A stretch of 64,000 nt of DNA from an uncultured Gemmatimonadaceae bacterium (GTDB lineage: Bacteria; Gemmatimonadota; Gemmatimonadetes; Gemmatimonadales; Gemmatimonadaceae): NCBI GenBank assembly GCA_963740355.1, contig CAVUDW010000002.1, forward strand, positions 2,489,537 through 2,553,536, written 5' to 3'. How positions within the stretch are numbered: the first letter of the stretch is position 1; each line of letters begins with the position of its first letter. Under the pieces are notes generated by a model. That model had not been told where the DNA came from, ran no database searches, and worked only from the letters and a program-made list of their open reading frames with translations. The position numbers were made by a program, and so were the translations under genes. This document shows, piece by piece, positions 20,665 to 32,630 of this stretch.

Positions 20665-21618
20665 TCAGTTTCCACTGTCATGCGCATAGGCCCGGATGAT
20701 GTCCCGTACAAGGCGATGCCGGACGACATCGGCTTCGCTGAAGTAGTGGAACGCGATCCCTTCCACGCCGGGAAGAATGCGCTCCACCTGCATCAATCCT
20801 GACTGCTCACGCGTCGGCAGGTCGATCTGCGTCTTGTCGCCCGTGATGACGATCTTTGAGTTCACGCCGAGGCGGGTGAGGAACATCTTCATCTGGGCAT
20901 TGGTGGCGTTCTGTGCCTCGTCGAGGATCACGAACGCATCACCGAGGGTCCGGCCACGCATGAAGGCCAACGGTGCAATCTCGATGACGCGGGTCTCGAG
21001 CGCCTTGATCACGCGCTCCGGCGGCATCATCTCGTCGAGCGCGTCGTACAATGGACGCAGGTACGGGTCGACCTTGGCTTGCATGTCGCCCGGCAGGAAC
21101 CCGAGCGACTCGCCGGCCTCGACGGCAGGGCGCGCCAGCACGATCCGCTTCACCCGCTTCCGCATCAACGCATCGACGGCCGCCGCCACTGCAAGATACG
21201 TCTTGCCGGTACCAGCAGGGCCGATGCCGACGACGATGTCATGGTCGGCAATCTTCTGCAGGTACTCCGCCTGCCCTGGCGTCTTCGCCTGCACCACACG
21301 CTTGATGCCTGGCAATGCAATGCGCGCGGGATCGAGGGGACCCGACTCGCCAGTGGTATCCTCGGACATGCGCAGCACATCGTCTGCCGTGAACGACGCA
21401 CGCTGCCGTGCGGCCTCCACCATGCGCTGCGCCGTGTGCATGGCGCGATCGACCGCCTGCGGCTCGCCAGCAAGCGTGATCGCCTCGCCACGCATGCCAA
21501 CGCGCACACCGTGAATGCGACCGAGCTCGATCAGGTTGGCGTCGTTCACACCAGCGAGCGTCAGCAGATCGGCGCCCTCGGTGGAGACCTTTTGCGTCAC
21601 GAGTGTCGTTCCGGTCAC
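20665..21618 (-). CDS. PhoH family ATPase
   Basis: GPAGTGKTYLA, RPAVEAGESLGFLPGD, RGRTL, DEAQN, VVRHRLV. Confidence 0.95.
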   Translation of the reverse strand: MTGTTLVTQKVSTEGADLLTLAGVNDANLIELGRIHGVRVGMRGEAITLAGEPQAVDRAMHTAQRMVEAARQRASFTADDVLRMSEDTTGESGPLDPARIALPGIKRVVQAKTPGQAEYLQKIADHDIVVGIGPAGTGKTYLAVAAAVDALMRKRVKRIVLARPAVEAGESLGFLPGDMQAKVDPYLRPLYDALDEMMPPERVIKALETRVIEIAPLAFMRGRTLGDAFVILDEAQNATNAQMKMFLTRLGVNSKIVITGDKTQIDLPTREQSGLMQVERILPGVEGIAFHYFSEADVVRHRLVRDIIRAYAHDSGN

Positions 21619-23408
21619 GACGGCTCCTTGAGCTTGATGGCGAGGCTGAGCGCGCTCAGGTCACGCTCGCTGACAGGGCTTGGCGCACCTTCGAAGAGCG
21701 CACGCGCCGCGGTGGTCTTCGGGAAGGCAATCACATCACGCAGCGACGTCGAGCCGGCGAGCAACATCGCAATCCGGTCGAAGCCGAGCGCGAAGCCGCC
21801 GTGTGGCGGTGCGCCGGCGGCCAGGCCGTCGAGCAGGAAGGCGAAGCGTCGCTGGATTTCATCCGCCGGAACCTTGAGCAACCGGAAAATTGTCTCCTGC
21901 ACCACCGGATCGGTGATGCGGATCGATCCAGAGCCGAGCTCGTTGCCGTTGTAGACAGCGTCGTAATGCATGGCGCGACAGTTCCACGGCTCGGACTCGA
22001 GCATGTGCGTGTCGTCAGGATGTGGCGCGGTGAACGGGTGGTGCGCGGGCATGTGCTCGCCCGTTTCGGGATCGAGTTCGAACAGCGGGAAATCCACGAT
22101 CCAGCAGAAGGCGTGTGCCGTGCTGGGCGCAATCTCGGGACGGCGCGTCAATTCGAGGCGCACCTGGCCCATGCCTGGCAGCGCCGTCTTGTCACTCCCG
22201 ACACCAGCGAGCAGGAGATCGCCAACGGCGCCGCCGATCTTGTCCATCGTCTCTGCGCCGAACGCTTTCGTGCCCTGCCCTTCCCAGCCGGCCTCCGTGC
22301 GCTTCGCCCACAGCAGTCCGCCCAGTCCATTCGACTTTGCCACCGCTGCCAGCGCATCGATCTCCTTGCGCGAGAACGCGGCACCATTGGCAACGCGGAT
22401 GCCGCGCAACTTGCCACCTGCCGCAATGCCGTCGTGCACGAAGGCTGCGGCGTCTGGCTGCACATGGGCCGTCCAGTTCTCCAGCTCGAAGCCATATCGC
22501 AGGTCTGGCTTGTCGATGCCGAAGCGCTCCATCGCATCGGCCCATCGGATGCGCTGGAACGGGGTCACGATGTCGTGGCCGGCCACCTTCCAGAGCGCCA
22601 CCAGCACGCGCTCGATCGTCGCCTGCACGTCCTCCTGTGTGACGAAGGCACATTCGATGTCGATCTGCGCGAACTCCGGCTGGCGATCGGCGCGAAGGTC
22701 TTCGTCGCGGAAGCAGCGCGCAATCTGGAAGTAGCGATCAAAGCCCGCCACCATCAACAGCTGCTTGTAGATCTGCGGCGACTGTGGCAGCGCGTAGAAC
22801 TCGCCCGGATGCACCCGGCTCGGTACGAGATAGTCGCGCGCACCTTCGGGAGTCGTCTTGGTGAGGATCGGCGTCTCGATCTCGAGAAAGCCTTGCGCGG
22901 TCATCGTCGAGCGAGCGACCTGCAGCAGACGATGACGGAGGATCAGGTTGGCCTGCAACTCGGGCCGGCGAAGATCGAGGATGCGATGCTTCAGTCGCAG
23001 TTCCTCCGCTGCGAGCTTCTCGTCCTTGCCGCGTGCGACAGGGATGGCCGGAGTGACCGCCGGGCCGACGATCCGCAGCGACGTGACCTGCAACTCGATG
23101 GTGCCGGTCTCGAGATCGCCGTTCACCATTTCAATGGGCCGTGCCGCCACCACACCTTCCACCTCGACCACCGTTTCGGCGCCAAGCTTGTCCGCGGCGG
23201 CAATGACGTCCGCCGGCGTGAATCGCGGATCACAGGTCGCCTGCAGCAATCCGGCGCGATCGCGCAAGTCGAGAAAGACGATGGCGCCCATGGACCGGCA
23301 GCGGTGCACCCAGCCACCGAGGCGAACGGTCTGGCCAACGTGTTCCGAGCGCAATTCGCCGCACAGATGGCTGCGGCGCGAAGTGGCGAACAGTGAAGCA
23401 ACAGTCAC
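21615..23408 (-). CDS. aspS: Aspartate--tRNA ligase
   Basis: TPEGARDYLVPSR, ALPQSPQ, CFRDEDLRADRQPEF, HHPFT, PPHGGFALGFDR. GTG start at 23408 overlaps the VanZ stop. Confidence 0.95.
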   Translation of the reverse strand: MTVASLFATSRRSHLCGELRSEHVGQTVRLGGWVHRCRSMGAIVFLDLRDRAGLLQATCDPRFTPADVIAAADKLGAETVVEVEGVVAARPIEMVNGDLETGTIELQVTSLRIVGPAVTPAIPVARGKDEKLAAEELRLKHRILDLRRPELQANLILRHRLLQVARSTMTAQGFLEIETPILTKTTPEGARDYLVPSRVHPGEFYALPQSPQIYKQLLMVAGFDRYFQIARCFRDEDLRADRQPEFAQIDIECAFVTQEDVQATIERVLVALWKVAGHDIVTPFQRIRWADAMERFGIDKPDLRYGFELENWTAHVQPDAAAFVHDGIAAGGKLRGIRVANGAAFSRKEIDALAAVAKSNGLGGLLWAKRTEAGWEGQGTKAFGAETMDKIGGAVGDLLLAGVGSDKTALPGMGQVRLELTRRPEIAPSTAHAFCWIVDFPLFELDPETGEHMPAHHPFTAPHPDDTHMLESEPWNCRAMHYDAVYNGNELGSGSIRITDPVVQETIFRLLKVPADEIQRRFAFLLDGLAAGAPPHGGFALGFDRIAMLLAGSTSLRDVIAFPKTTAARALFEGAPSPVSERDLSALSLAIKLKEPS

Positions 23409-23785
23409 GCAACTGACTCCCGGCGCCGTGCAAGCGCCGTCACGAGAGATAGACCACCGGCAGCGCCAGCGGTGTCGGCCAACCAGTCCTGCACGTCCAT
23501 ACTGCGATTCGGAATGAACTGCTGATGCCATTCATCGGCCGCACCAAGTGCCGAGACGACCAGAAGCCATCGCAACGCGGTGAGCATCATGCTCGTTCGC
23601 GCCGCCCACGCCACTGACGCACCAAGCAGCGCATACGCCGAAAAATGAACGACCTTGTCACTGTTGTGTGGCATGCTCGGCGGATGCGGCCATGACGTTG
23701 CCGTGAGGATGCCGAGCACAACGACGAACGGCACCAGCCAGCGTGTCCACTCGCGCGATCGCGCGGCGGGGAGCGGCGCGGTCAC
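23405..23785 (-). CDS. VanZ family membrane protein
   Basis: DKVVHFSAY, DEWHQQFIPNRS...DWLAD. GTG start at 23785. Confidence 0.85.
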   Translation of the reverse strand: MTAPLPAARSREWTRWLVPFVVVLGILTATSWPHPPSMPHNSDKVVHFSAYALLGASVAWAARTSMMLTALRWLLVVSALGAADEWHQQFIPNRSMDVQDWLADTAGAAGGLSLVTALARRRESVA

Positions 23786-24237
23786 AGGACCTCCGCGCCG
23801 AGCAACCGCTGTACGAATTCGTCCGCAGTGGAACAATGCATCAAGTCTTCGCGGACCGCTTCATGCCGCAGAATCCGCGAGATGCGACCCAGGGCGCGCA
23901 CATGGGCACCCGCCGCGCTGCCCGGCCCGAGCAAAAGGAAAAACAACGAGACCGGCTTGCCGTCGAGGGCATCGAAATCGATCGGCTCTGGGGCCACGCC
24001 TGCCGCCACGATGATGGTGTCGACCTCATTCGTACGGCCGTGCGGGATGGCGATGCCGCTCCCGATGCCCGTGCTGAGCAGCTTTTCCCGGTCGAGGACC
24101 GCTGTCACCATGGTCTCGAGTGCAGCCGGACTGGCCGAGGGCATGGCGAGCTGGACCAGCTCACGCAACACCTCGTCCTTCGTATGGCTGACAAGCGGAA
24201 CCTTGACGCGCTCCGGTGTGAGAAGATCGGACAGCAA
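23782..24237 (-). CDS. PTS EIIA domain protein (PtsN/fructose-type)
   Basis: REKLLSTGIGSGIAIPHGR, FDALDGKPV.LFFLL. Confidence 0.9.
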   Translation of the reverse strand: MLSDLLTPERVKVPLVSHTKDEVLRELVQLAMPSASPAALETMVTAVLDREKLLSTGIGSGIAIPHGRTNEVDTIIVAAGVAPEPIDFDALDGKPVSLFFLLLGPGSAAGAHVRALGRISRILRHEAVREDLMHCSTADEFVQRLLGAEVL

Positions 24238-24409
24238 TTCTCGATGGTTTCGGGGATCTGGATGAAACTAGCGGCCCCGTCACAGGCGGGGTAGCGCGGC
24301 GGCGTCCAACGCCTTGTGCGACAAGTGGTTGGAACCTCGAAGCGACGGACAGGAACCGCCGAGATGATCGGCGGGGACGGAGAACGCCGGGCAGTGGTTA
24401 GAATTCAGG

Positions 24410-25471
24410 GTGACCACGCCCCTGACCAATCTCCTCGACCTGACGCCAGCGGACGCTCGGCAGGCCCTTCTGGCTGCACTCGTCGAGCTCGGGCAGCCGT
24501 CGTATCGAGCCGATCAGGTTCTCCGCCGGCTCTGGATCAACCCGGCCCCCGACTTCGACGCGATGTCGGAGTTGCCGGTCGGCCTGCGCCAATCGTTGGC
24601 GGAACGATTCACCCTGCCGCGGCTCACACTCGCCGTTCGCCAGGCATCGACCGACGGGACCGAGAAGTTCCTCTTCACGATGGCCGATGGTCAGGCGATC
24701 GAGACGGTCGCGATCCCCGACGGCGATCGCATGACGTTCTGCATTTCGTCGCAGGCGGGGTGCGCACTCGCCTGCGCCTTCTGCGCCACTGGTGTGATGG
24801 GATTCCAGCGCAACCTCGCGGTGCACGAGATCGCAGGCCAGGTTCGCGAACTGGCGATGCTCTCCCCGCCCGTGAAGGCGACCAACATCGTCTTCATGGG
24901 CATGGGCGAGCCGCTCATGAACTGGAAGGCGGTCAGCCCGACCCTCACTATCCTCAATTCGCCGGAAGGCTTCGGCATTGGGGCGCGCCACATCACCGTC
25001 AGCACGGTCGGCGTGTTGCCTGGGATCATCGCGCTCGGTCAGCGTGCGGAGCAGTTCCGCCTCGCGATTTCCATTCATGCGCCGAACGACAAGCTCCGGC
25101 AGGAACTGATGCCGGTGAATACGAAATTTCCGCTTGCCGAGGTCATCGCCGCGGCCGCCGCGTTCGACCGTCGCGTCACCTTCGAATACGTGATGCTCGG
25201 CGGCGTCAACGACAAGCGGGTGCACGCGGACGAATTGGCATCGCTGGCGACGGATTGCCGCGCCTTCGTGAACCTGATTCCGCTGCATCCGGGTGGAGGG
25301 CTTGGCTTCGACCCCACCCCACGCGACAGCATTCATCAATTCGCCAACTGGATTCGCGACGATGGTGTGGAAGTCGCGATCCGCCGCAGCCGCGGGTTGG
25401 ACATCAGCGCGGCGTGCGGGCAACTGCGCGTCGAAAAAATCGGACGCCGTCGCGAACTGACCGCGCCCTGA
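24410..25471 (+). CDS. rlmN: 23S rRNA m2A2503/tRNA methyltransferase RlmN
   Basis: CISSQAGCALACAFCATG, FMGMGEPL, VNLIP, DISAACGQL. Confidence 0.95.
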   Translation: MTTPLTNLLDLTPADARQALLAALVELGQPSYRADQVLRRLWINPAPDFDAMSELPVGLRQSLAERFTLPRLTLAVRQASTDGTEKFLFTMADGQAIETVAIPDGDRMTFCISSQAGCALACAFCATGVMGFQRNLAVHEIAGQVRELAMLSPPVKATNIVFMGMGEPLMNWKAVSPTLTILNSPEGFGIGARHITVSTVGVLPGIIALGQRAEQFRLAISIHAPNDKLRQELMPVNTKFPLAEVIAAAAAFDRRVTFEYVMLGGVNDKRVHADELASLATDCRAFVNLIPLHPGGGLGFDPTPRDSIHQFANWIRDDGVEVAIRRSRGLDISAACGQLRVEKIGRRRELTAP

Positions 25472-25472
25472 A

Positions 25473-25907
25473 TCAGGGGTGAAATGCTTCGAGCGGCGGC
25501 TTGTAGGCGCTGCCGAGTTTCACCGTCAGATCGAGCCCACGATCGAGCGAGTCCTTTCCTCGCTCGATCTGCGCCCCGCCCAGCACACGTGCGGCGCGAT
25601 CGGCGGCTTCGGGCTTGTTGGTATAGTCGATGATCAGCGTCTGCCCGCGACGTCCCTTCGGATCATTCGCGTAGCTGATCACATCGAAGCCGCGGTCCCG
25701 CAACAGGAATGTGGCGCGGCGTGCGAGCCCCGTCACGCCACTCGAGTTCAGGACTTCGACGACGATGCGCTCGCCTTGCGGCGCCCGCGTCGTGTCGCCA
25801 AGCACCGCCAGCACCCCTGTACCGGACCAGCGCCGCGCACCGTACACGCCGACCGCAATCACCACCAGCAATGCAACGCCCAGCAGAACGACACGCGATC
25901 GTTTCAT
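25473..25907 (-). CDS. LytR C-terminal domain protein
   Basis: N-terminal TM, VEVLNSSGVTGLA, L..RGFDV...AN, DLTVKLG. ATG 25907 overlaps the upstream stop. Confidence 0.8.
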   Translation of the reverse strand: MKRSRVVLLGVALLVVIAVGVYGARRWSGTGVLAVLGDTTRAPQGERIVVEVLNSSGVTGLARRATFLLRDRGFDVISYANDPKGRRGQTLIIDYTNKPEAADRAARVLGGAQIERGKDSLDRGLDLTVKLGSAYKPPLEAFHP

Positions 25908-26452
25908 CGAACGGCGTTCCACAGTGCGACGGTCTCAGGATGGAGGCCCTTCCCTTCACGAAGTGACCATTCGAGGCGACACTTCACGACCTGCCGAAAC
26001 ACGCCCGCGAAGTCACTCGGCACCAGCGCGGCGAGCCATGCCCGTTCCGACACCATGAACTTGCGCCCCGGCTCGAGAAAGTCCGCCATGAAGAGGGCCT
26101 GACCAGTGCGCGCCCAGGCGGGATTCCCTAGCGTATGCCAGCGGATCGCGTCGAGTACATCGCGTCTCGCTTCGCCGAGGGATTCGAGCCGTGCAGCCGC
26201 AGCCGGGCCGTGCAGGATCTCGGGCGGCGCCGCAGTGTCCAGCGAGAGTTCGCGGAGTAGCGGTTCTTCCGCATCGCGCAGTGCATCGTGAAGGAGTCCC
26301 GCGTCATGCCAGGCGACGCGCTCGGCATCGGGGATCGCCATCGCGCTGGCCCATGTATCCAGCAACCCCGTCACGCGGGCGATGTGTTCGCGGCGTTTCG
26401 GCGATGCGATCGCCCACACCGGGAGCGGAACGTCAATCGGTTTCGGAGTCAT
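25904..26452 (-). CDS. YqeK-family HD phosphohydrolase
   Basis: REHIARV, LLHDALR, ILHGPAAA, IRWHTLG, FMADFLEPGR. Confidence 0.8.
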   Translation of the reverse strand: MTPKPIDVPLPVWAIASPKRREHIARVTGLLDTWASAMAIPDAERVAWHDAGLLHDALRDAEEPLLRELSLDTAAPPEILHGPAAAARLESLGEARRDVLDAIRWHTLGNPAWARTGQALFMADFLEPGRKFMVSERAWLAALVPSDFAGVFRQVVKCRLEWSLREGKGLHPETVALWNAVR

Positions 26453-27315
26453 CAGGACTGCGGCGGGAAAGGGTCGCCGAGGCGATGGTTGTCGAGGAGT
26501 CGCGTGGCACCGACACGGGCTGCAACGATGAGGAAGTCATTCGCCCTCGCGATCGCCACCGGCATCATGCGCCGTGGGTCAACGATGTCGAGATAGTCCA
26601 GTATTGCACCTTGTTCTGCCAGCACGACCTGTTCGCCAACGGCGCGCAGTCGTGCAGGGTCGCGCTCTCCGTCATGGAATGCGGCGACCGTCGCGGCCAG
26701 CGCACGTGACAGGGCCAGTGCGGCAATTCGTTGCGATGCGTCGAGGTAGCGGTTCCGACTCGACATGGCGAGGCCGTCGCGTTCCCGCACGATCGGTGCG
26801 ATATCCAGCACGATCGGGAAATCGAGGTCGTCCACCAGCGCTCGAATGAGCGTTGCCTGCTGCAGGTCCTTCTGGCCGAACACCGCGACATCCGGCTGCA
26901 CGAGATTGAAGAGCTTGGCCACCACGGTCAGCACACCTGCGAAGTGGCCCGGCCTGATGGCCCCCTCCCAGCGATCGGCGACCGACTCCGGCACGATGCT
27001 GACGACGCGAGGTCCCGGATACATCACCTCGACGCTCGGCACGAAGGCGATCGTCGTGCCGTGCTGGGCTGCCGCCGCAAGGTCGGCTTCCTCGGTGCGG
27101 GGATACTTGGCCAGGTCTTCCGTCGGTGCGAATTGCAGCGGATTGACGAAAATGCTGAGCACCACACAATCACACACGGCGCGCGCGCGATCGAGCAGCG
27201 AGAGGTGGCCGGCATGCAGCGCACCCATCGTGGGCACGAAGCCAACGCGATCGCCGCGGCCACGCGCCGCGGACACCGCCGCGCGCAAGGCGACGGCATC
27301 CCGTACGACGAGCAT
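26452..27315 (-). CDS. panC: Pantoate--beta-alanine ligase
   Basis: FVPTMGALHAGH, SIFVNPLQF, RPGHF, FGQKD, GLAMSSRN, RLLDN. Confidence 0.95.
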   Translation of the reverse strand: MLVVRDAVALRAAVSAARGRGDRVGFVPTMGALHAGHLSLLDRARAVCDCVVLSIFVNPLQFAPTEDLAKYPRTEEADLAAAAQHGTTIAFVPSVEVMYPGPRVVSIVPESVADRWEGAIRPGHFAGVLTVVAKLFNLVQPDVAVFGQKDLQQATLIRALVDDLDFPIVLDIAPIVRERDGLAMSSRNRYLDASQRIAALALSRALAATVAAFHDGERDPARLRAVGEQVVLAEQGAILDYLDIVDPRRMMPVAIARANDFLIVAARVGATRLLDNHRLGDPFPPQS

Positions 27316-27317
27316 TG

Positions 27318-28157
27318 TCAGCTGAAACTCGTGCTCTCGTCGGGATAACGACCTGCGCGGACATCGTCCGCGTATTCCGTCACCGCCGACTTCACGATAC
27401 CCGCCACATCCGCGTACCGCTTGAGAAACTTGGGCTTGAATCCTTCATTCAGGCCGAGCAGGTCTGGCAGCACGAGGATCTGGCCGTCACATCCCGCGCC
27501 TGCGCCGATCCCAACGGTCGGGATGTGAAGCGCATTGGAGATGTTGCGAGAGAGTTCGGTGGGCATCAACTCCAGCACGATGCCAAAGGCCCCGGCGTCC
27601 TGCAGCGCAAGCGCGTCGGCGAGCAGCTGTTCGGCAACGTCCACCTCCCGTCCCTGCACGCGAGCGCCGCTCAGTGCGGTATCACTTTGCGGCGTGTAGC
27701 CGATGTGCCCCATCACCGGAATGCCGACGTCCACACAGGCGCGAACCGACTCGAGCGCCGTGCGCCCTGCGCCTTCGAGCTTGACGGCCGTGGCATTCGT
27801 CTCTGCAAGTGCACGACCCGCATTGCGCACTGCCTCGCTGGCACTGACCTGGTACGTCATCCAGGGCATGTCGAAGATCAGCATCGCGCGCTTCACGCCA
27901 CGCCGGACCGCCGCGCAGTGCCAGATCATCTGGTCGAGGGTCACGCGCTTCGTCGAGTCGTGCCCCGCGATGACCATGCCGAGGGAATCGCCCACCAGCA
28001 CCATGTCCACACCAGCCGCATCCACGAGGCGCCCGAAGAGGACGTCGTATGCAGTGGTGGCGACGATCTTCTCGCCCTTCGCCTTCTTCGCCTGCAGGTC
28101 ACGGATCGTGACCGGCTTCCCATTGGTCGCCGGTGGTGGCGTCATGTGTGCGCTCAT
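27318..28157 (-). CDS. panB: 3-methyl-2-oxobutanoate hydroxymethyltransferase
   Basis: TAYD, LVGDSLG, VKLEG, GHIGYTPQ, GIGAG..CDGQILV. Confidence 0.95.
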   Translation of the reverse strand: MSAHMTPPPATNGKPVTIRDLQAKKAKGEKIVATTAYDVLFGRLVDAAGVDMVLVGDSLGMVIAGHDSTKRVTLDQMIWHCAAVRRGVKRAMLIFDMPWMTYQVSASEAVRNAGRALAETNATAVKLEGAGRTALESVRACVDVGIPVMGHIGYTPQSDTALSGARVQGREVDVAEQLLADALALQDAGAFGIVLELMPTELSRNISNALHIPTVGIGAGAGCDGQILVLPDLLGLNEGFKPKFLKRYADVAGIVKSAVTEYADDVRAGRYPDESTSFS

Positions 28158-28167
28158 TCAGTCCTCG

Positions 28168-28695
28168 TCAGGCAACGGTTTCCCAGGAGCCGGACCAGCG
28201 TCGCTCATGACGAGCGTCGTCGCTGCCGGCGGTGTCCATGCCCGCGTGCACCTGCGCAGCGGCGATCGCCTCTGCCGCTCCATCAACACCAAGCAACTCC
28301 GCCAACTCCCGCTGCCAGAACTTACGGTCGGTGAGACCAGGGTGCGGCACCAGCAGTTCGCGACTGGTCACGGTCACCGCGTCAGCCCAGACGATATCCA
28401 GATCGAGTGTCCGTGGTCCCTTCGTCACCAGGCGTTCCCGCCCATGCTGCTCCTCGATGGCCTGCAGCTCGGCGAGCAAGGCAGGCAGGCTGGTCGTCGT
28501 GTCGACGAGCAACATCTGGTTCAGGTACGCTGGCTGCGGCGGCCCAAACGCCTCAGTCTCCTCGACCTGCGAGGAGGCGACGAGCGTGATGCCGTCGAGC
28601 GACGCGACGGCATCCACAGCACTGCGCAGCAGCTCAAATCGGTCCTGCATGTTGGAACCAAGCGCAATCGCGACCCGAACGCGTGGGGTGGTCAT
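28168..28695 (-). CDS. folK: 2-amino-4-hydroxy-6-hydroxymethyldihydropteridine diphosphokinase
   Basis: IALGSN, GPRTLDLDI, VPHP..DRKF. ATG 28695 overlaps the folB stop. Confidence 0.9.
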   Translation of the reverse strand: MTTPRVRVAIALGSNMQDRFELLRSAVDAVASLDGITLVASSQVEETEAFGPPQPAYLNQMLLVDTTTSLPALLAELQAIEEQHGRERLVTKGPRTLDLDIVWADAVTVTSRELLVPHPGLTDRKFWQRELAELLGVDGAAEAIAAAQVHAGMDTAGSDDARHERRWSGSWETVA

Positions 28696-29048
28696 GCGCG
28701 GACACCGCCCTCGACCACCACTTCGGCATGGTCGAGGGGGCCAGGAAGTGCGACGTGCGGCTTCCGGATCGCCACGCGCGCGCCGAGGACATTCGGGCAC
28801 GCCATGGCGCCATCGACGATGTGCTGCGCGATCGTCTCGAGGTACAACAGCGGCCCCTGCGAGACGACCGCGCTCGCGACCGCGTACAGGTCACGATAGT
28901 CCACGCCAATGCTGCCAGTGTCGACGCTTGCGGCCCACACCGTCAAATCAATCTCCAACGGTTGCGCAAACTCGGCTTCGTGCGGCAGGACGCCGACGCA
29001 GACGTGAAAGCGCATGTTGCGGAGCGTGATCTCTACTGGAGACGGCAT
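28692..29048 (-). CDS. folB: Dihydroneopterin aldolase
   Basis: GVLPHE...Q.LEIDL, VDY, LETIA, IRKP. Upstream of folK. ATG 29048. Confidence 0.85.
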   Translation of the reverse strand: MPSPVEITLRNMRFHVCVGVLPHEAEFAQPLEIDLTVWAASVDTGSIGVDYRDLYAVASAVVSQGPLLYLETIAQHIVDGAMACPNVLGARVAIRKPHVALPGPLDHAEVVVEGGVRA

Positions 29049-29106
29049 GCAGTCCGAAGTGGGGTGTGCAACGATGACGTGGTGCGATGTGGCGACGTCG
29101 ACAATC

Positions 29107-29897
29107 CTACTGACTGCAGCTGTCGAGGCCAGCGCGCAATTCGCGCACCAGTGACAGGGCCGCATCGACCGACGTCTCCGCCAACTTCACGACCGCACTT
29201 CCAACGACGACACCATCGGCCATCTCGCCAACGACTGCCGCCTGATCCGCCGTGCTGATACCGAAGCCGACACAAATGGGCAGCGCCGTCGCACCACGCA
29301 GGCGTTCGATGGTCTCCGGCAGGTCGCCCGCCAGCGAGTCCTTCGCACCGGTCACGCCGAGCCGACTGATGAGGTACACGAACCCGCTGCCATGTCGCGC
29401 GATCTCTGCCATGCGCGTGGCCGGCGTCGTGGGTGCCACCAGTCTCACATACGCCAACGGCGATGTCCCGAGCCATTCTTCACGCTCGGGATCGGCGCCG
29501 ACGGGAAGGTCGGTGATCAAGATGCCAGACACGCCTGCATCGGCAGCGCGCTGCAACGCATCCGGCCCCGCATTCATGACCGGGTTAAGGTAGCTGAACA
29601 GCACGACCGGCACGGTGAGATTGGCATCGCGCACCATCTCCAACGCACCATCGAAGTTCATGCCCTGTTCAAGCGCGATCTGCGAGCTGCGCTGGATGAC
29701 TGGCCCATCCGCCAGCGGATCGGAAAACGGGACGCCCAGCTCGATACAGTCGGCGCCTGCGGCTTCGAGCCCCTGGAGAAGCGCCGCCGAACGTGCTCGG
29801 TCGGGATGCCCCGCCGTGATGTACACGACGAGCGCTTTCCGCCCCGCAGCACGCATCGCGTTCATGTGCTGGGTGAGGTGTGCTGCCGCCCCGACGC

Positions 29898-29901
<4 letters not shown>
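29107..29901 (-). CDS. trpA: Tryptophan synthase alpha subunit
   Basis: [34 protein letters not shown]. Confidence 0.95.
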
Positions 29902-31103
<1,202 letters not shown>

Positions 31104-31796
31104 CTACTGCACTCCTGCGAGAGACAATTGTTCATCGTCCCTGCTGTCGCTGCGCGCTGCGGCGACGAATCGCTGCAGGCGCGCTTGATCCTTGATTCCG
31201 GGGGCCGATTCGACTCCCGACGAGACGTCCACTACATCCGGCGACAGAAGCCGGATTCCCTGCTGCACATTTTCCGGCGTCAATCCGCCGGCCAGAATGA
31301 GCAACGCACTCGACTCCGGCGCGGTGCGGATGGCACGCAATGGCGCAACCAAGGCACGCCAATCGATCGCCACGCCCGTCCCACCAAGTGCACCGGGGAC
31401 GTAGGCGTCGAGCACCACGCCATCGGCAACTTCAAAAAGCGCGCTGGCCCGCTCCGCATCGAACGATTGCGGCGGGACGCGCAACACGGCCCAGATGCCG
31501 CCAGGCCACCGCTCCCGCAGGTCGAGCACCATCCGCGGTGACGGGTCACCATGGAGTTGCACGATGTCCGCGCCCGCTTCCATTGCGGAGCGAACGATAT
31601 CATCCACCGGCTCGTGCCCGACCACAACGACGCGGGTTGCGGTTCCGGCCTGATCGAAGACGGTGCGGGCGGTGGCGGGCGTGAGCAGCCGCGGACCGCC
31701 TGCGAGAATGGCGCCGACGTATCGCGCACCCGCCGCCAACGCTGCGGCGGCGTCACCCGGACGAGTCAATCCACAGATCTTCACGGCGGCCGTCAT
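31104..31796 (-). CDS. trpF: Phosphoribosylanthranilate isomerase
   Basis: VKICGLT, VQLHG, GGTG, LAGGL.PEN, DVSSGVE..PGIKD. Confidence 0.95.
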   Translation of the reverse strand: MTAAVKICGLTRPGDAAAALAAGARYVGAILAGGPRLLTPATARTVFDQAGTATRVVVVGHEPVDDIVRSAMEAGADIVQLHGDPSPRMVLDLRERWPGGIWAVLRVPPQSFDAERASALFEVADGVVLDAYVPGALGGTGVAIDWRALVAPLRAIRTAPESSALLILAGGLTPENVQQGIRLLSPDVVDVSSGVESAPGIKDQARLQRFVAAARSDSRDDEQLSLAGVQ

Positions 31797-31799
31797 GCG

Positions 31800-32630
31800 T
31801 CAGGCCCGTCGGCGCACACGAGCCACGCCGGTGAGGCTGGCCACCGCGTCGGTCGGAGACGCGGCCGCTGACACCGAGGAACCGACCAGCACCGCGTCGG
31901 CGCCACAGGCCGCGGCGCGTTCGACGTCGCTCCTGTCGTGCACACCGCTTTCGTAAATCGCGAGGTGTGTGACCGGCACCAGCGGCAACAGACGTGCGCT
32001 CACCGCAGAATCGAGTTCGAGGGTCTCGAGATCGCGGTTGTTGACGCCGATCAGCAACGCGCCTGCCGAGAGCGCGTCGTCTAGTTCTTCCTCGTCACGC
32101 ACTTCGACCAGCGGCTCGATGCCGAGCATTCGTGACACAAAGACCATTTCAATCAAGACATCGGTCGGCAACGCACGGGCGATCAGCAGCGCGGCCGCCG
32201 CGCCCGCACGCCGCGCTTCAACCAGCTGCACGGCATCGGTGATGAAATCCTTGCGAATGCACGGGCCAAGTCCGAGCGCCGCTGCGACGCGCAGGTCGTC
32301 CAGCATCCCGCCGAACTCGAGGGGCTCCGTGAGGATCGAAAACGCTGACGCACCGCCGTCGGCGTACGCCCGCACCTGCGTGGCCGCGTCGAGCGACACG
32401 TTGATGGCGCCCTTGGAGGGCGAGCTGCGCTTCAGCTCCGCGATCACCGCGACGTCCGGTCGCGCGGTGAGCGCGGCGAGAATGTCGACGGTCGGCGGGG
32501 TGCTGAGCGCCTCAGCGACCTGGTCGGCGTACGGCTTCGCCGCGCGCGACTGCGCCGCACGCTCGGCGCTTGCCGAGCTCAACCGGCCGAGTGGGCCAGC
32601 AGGCGGGGTCCAGAGGCGAGCCACTTGCAT
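31800..32630 (-). CDS. trpC: Indole-3-glycerol phosphate synthase
   Basis: VIAELKRSSPSKG, SILTE, RKDFI, GVNNRDL, ESG. Confidence 0.95.
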   Translation of the reverse strand: MQVARLWTPPAGPLGRLSSASAERAAQSRAAKPYADQVAEALSTPPTVDILAALTARPDVAVIAELKRSSPSKGAINVSLDAATQVRAYADGGASAFSILTEPLEFGGMLDDLRVAAALGLGPCIRKDFITDAVQLVEARRAGAAAALLIARALPTDVLIEMVFVSRMLGIEPLVEVRDEEELDDALSAGALLIGVNNRDLETLELDSAVSARLLPLVPVTHLAIYESGVHDRSDVERAAACGADAVLVGSSVSAAASPTDAVASLTGVARVRRRA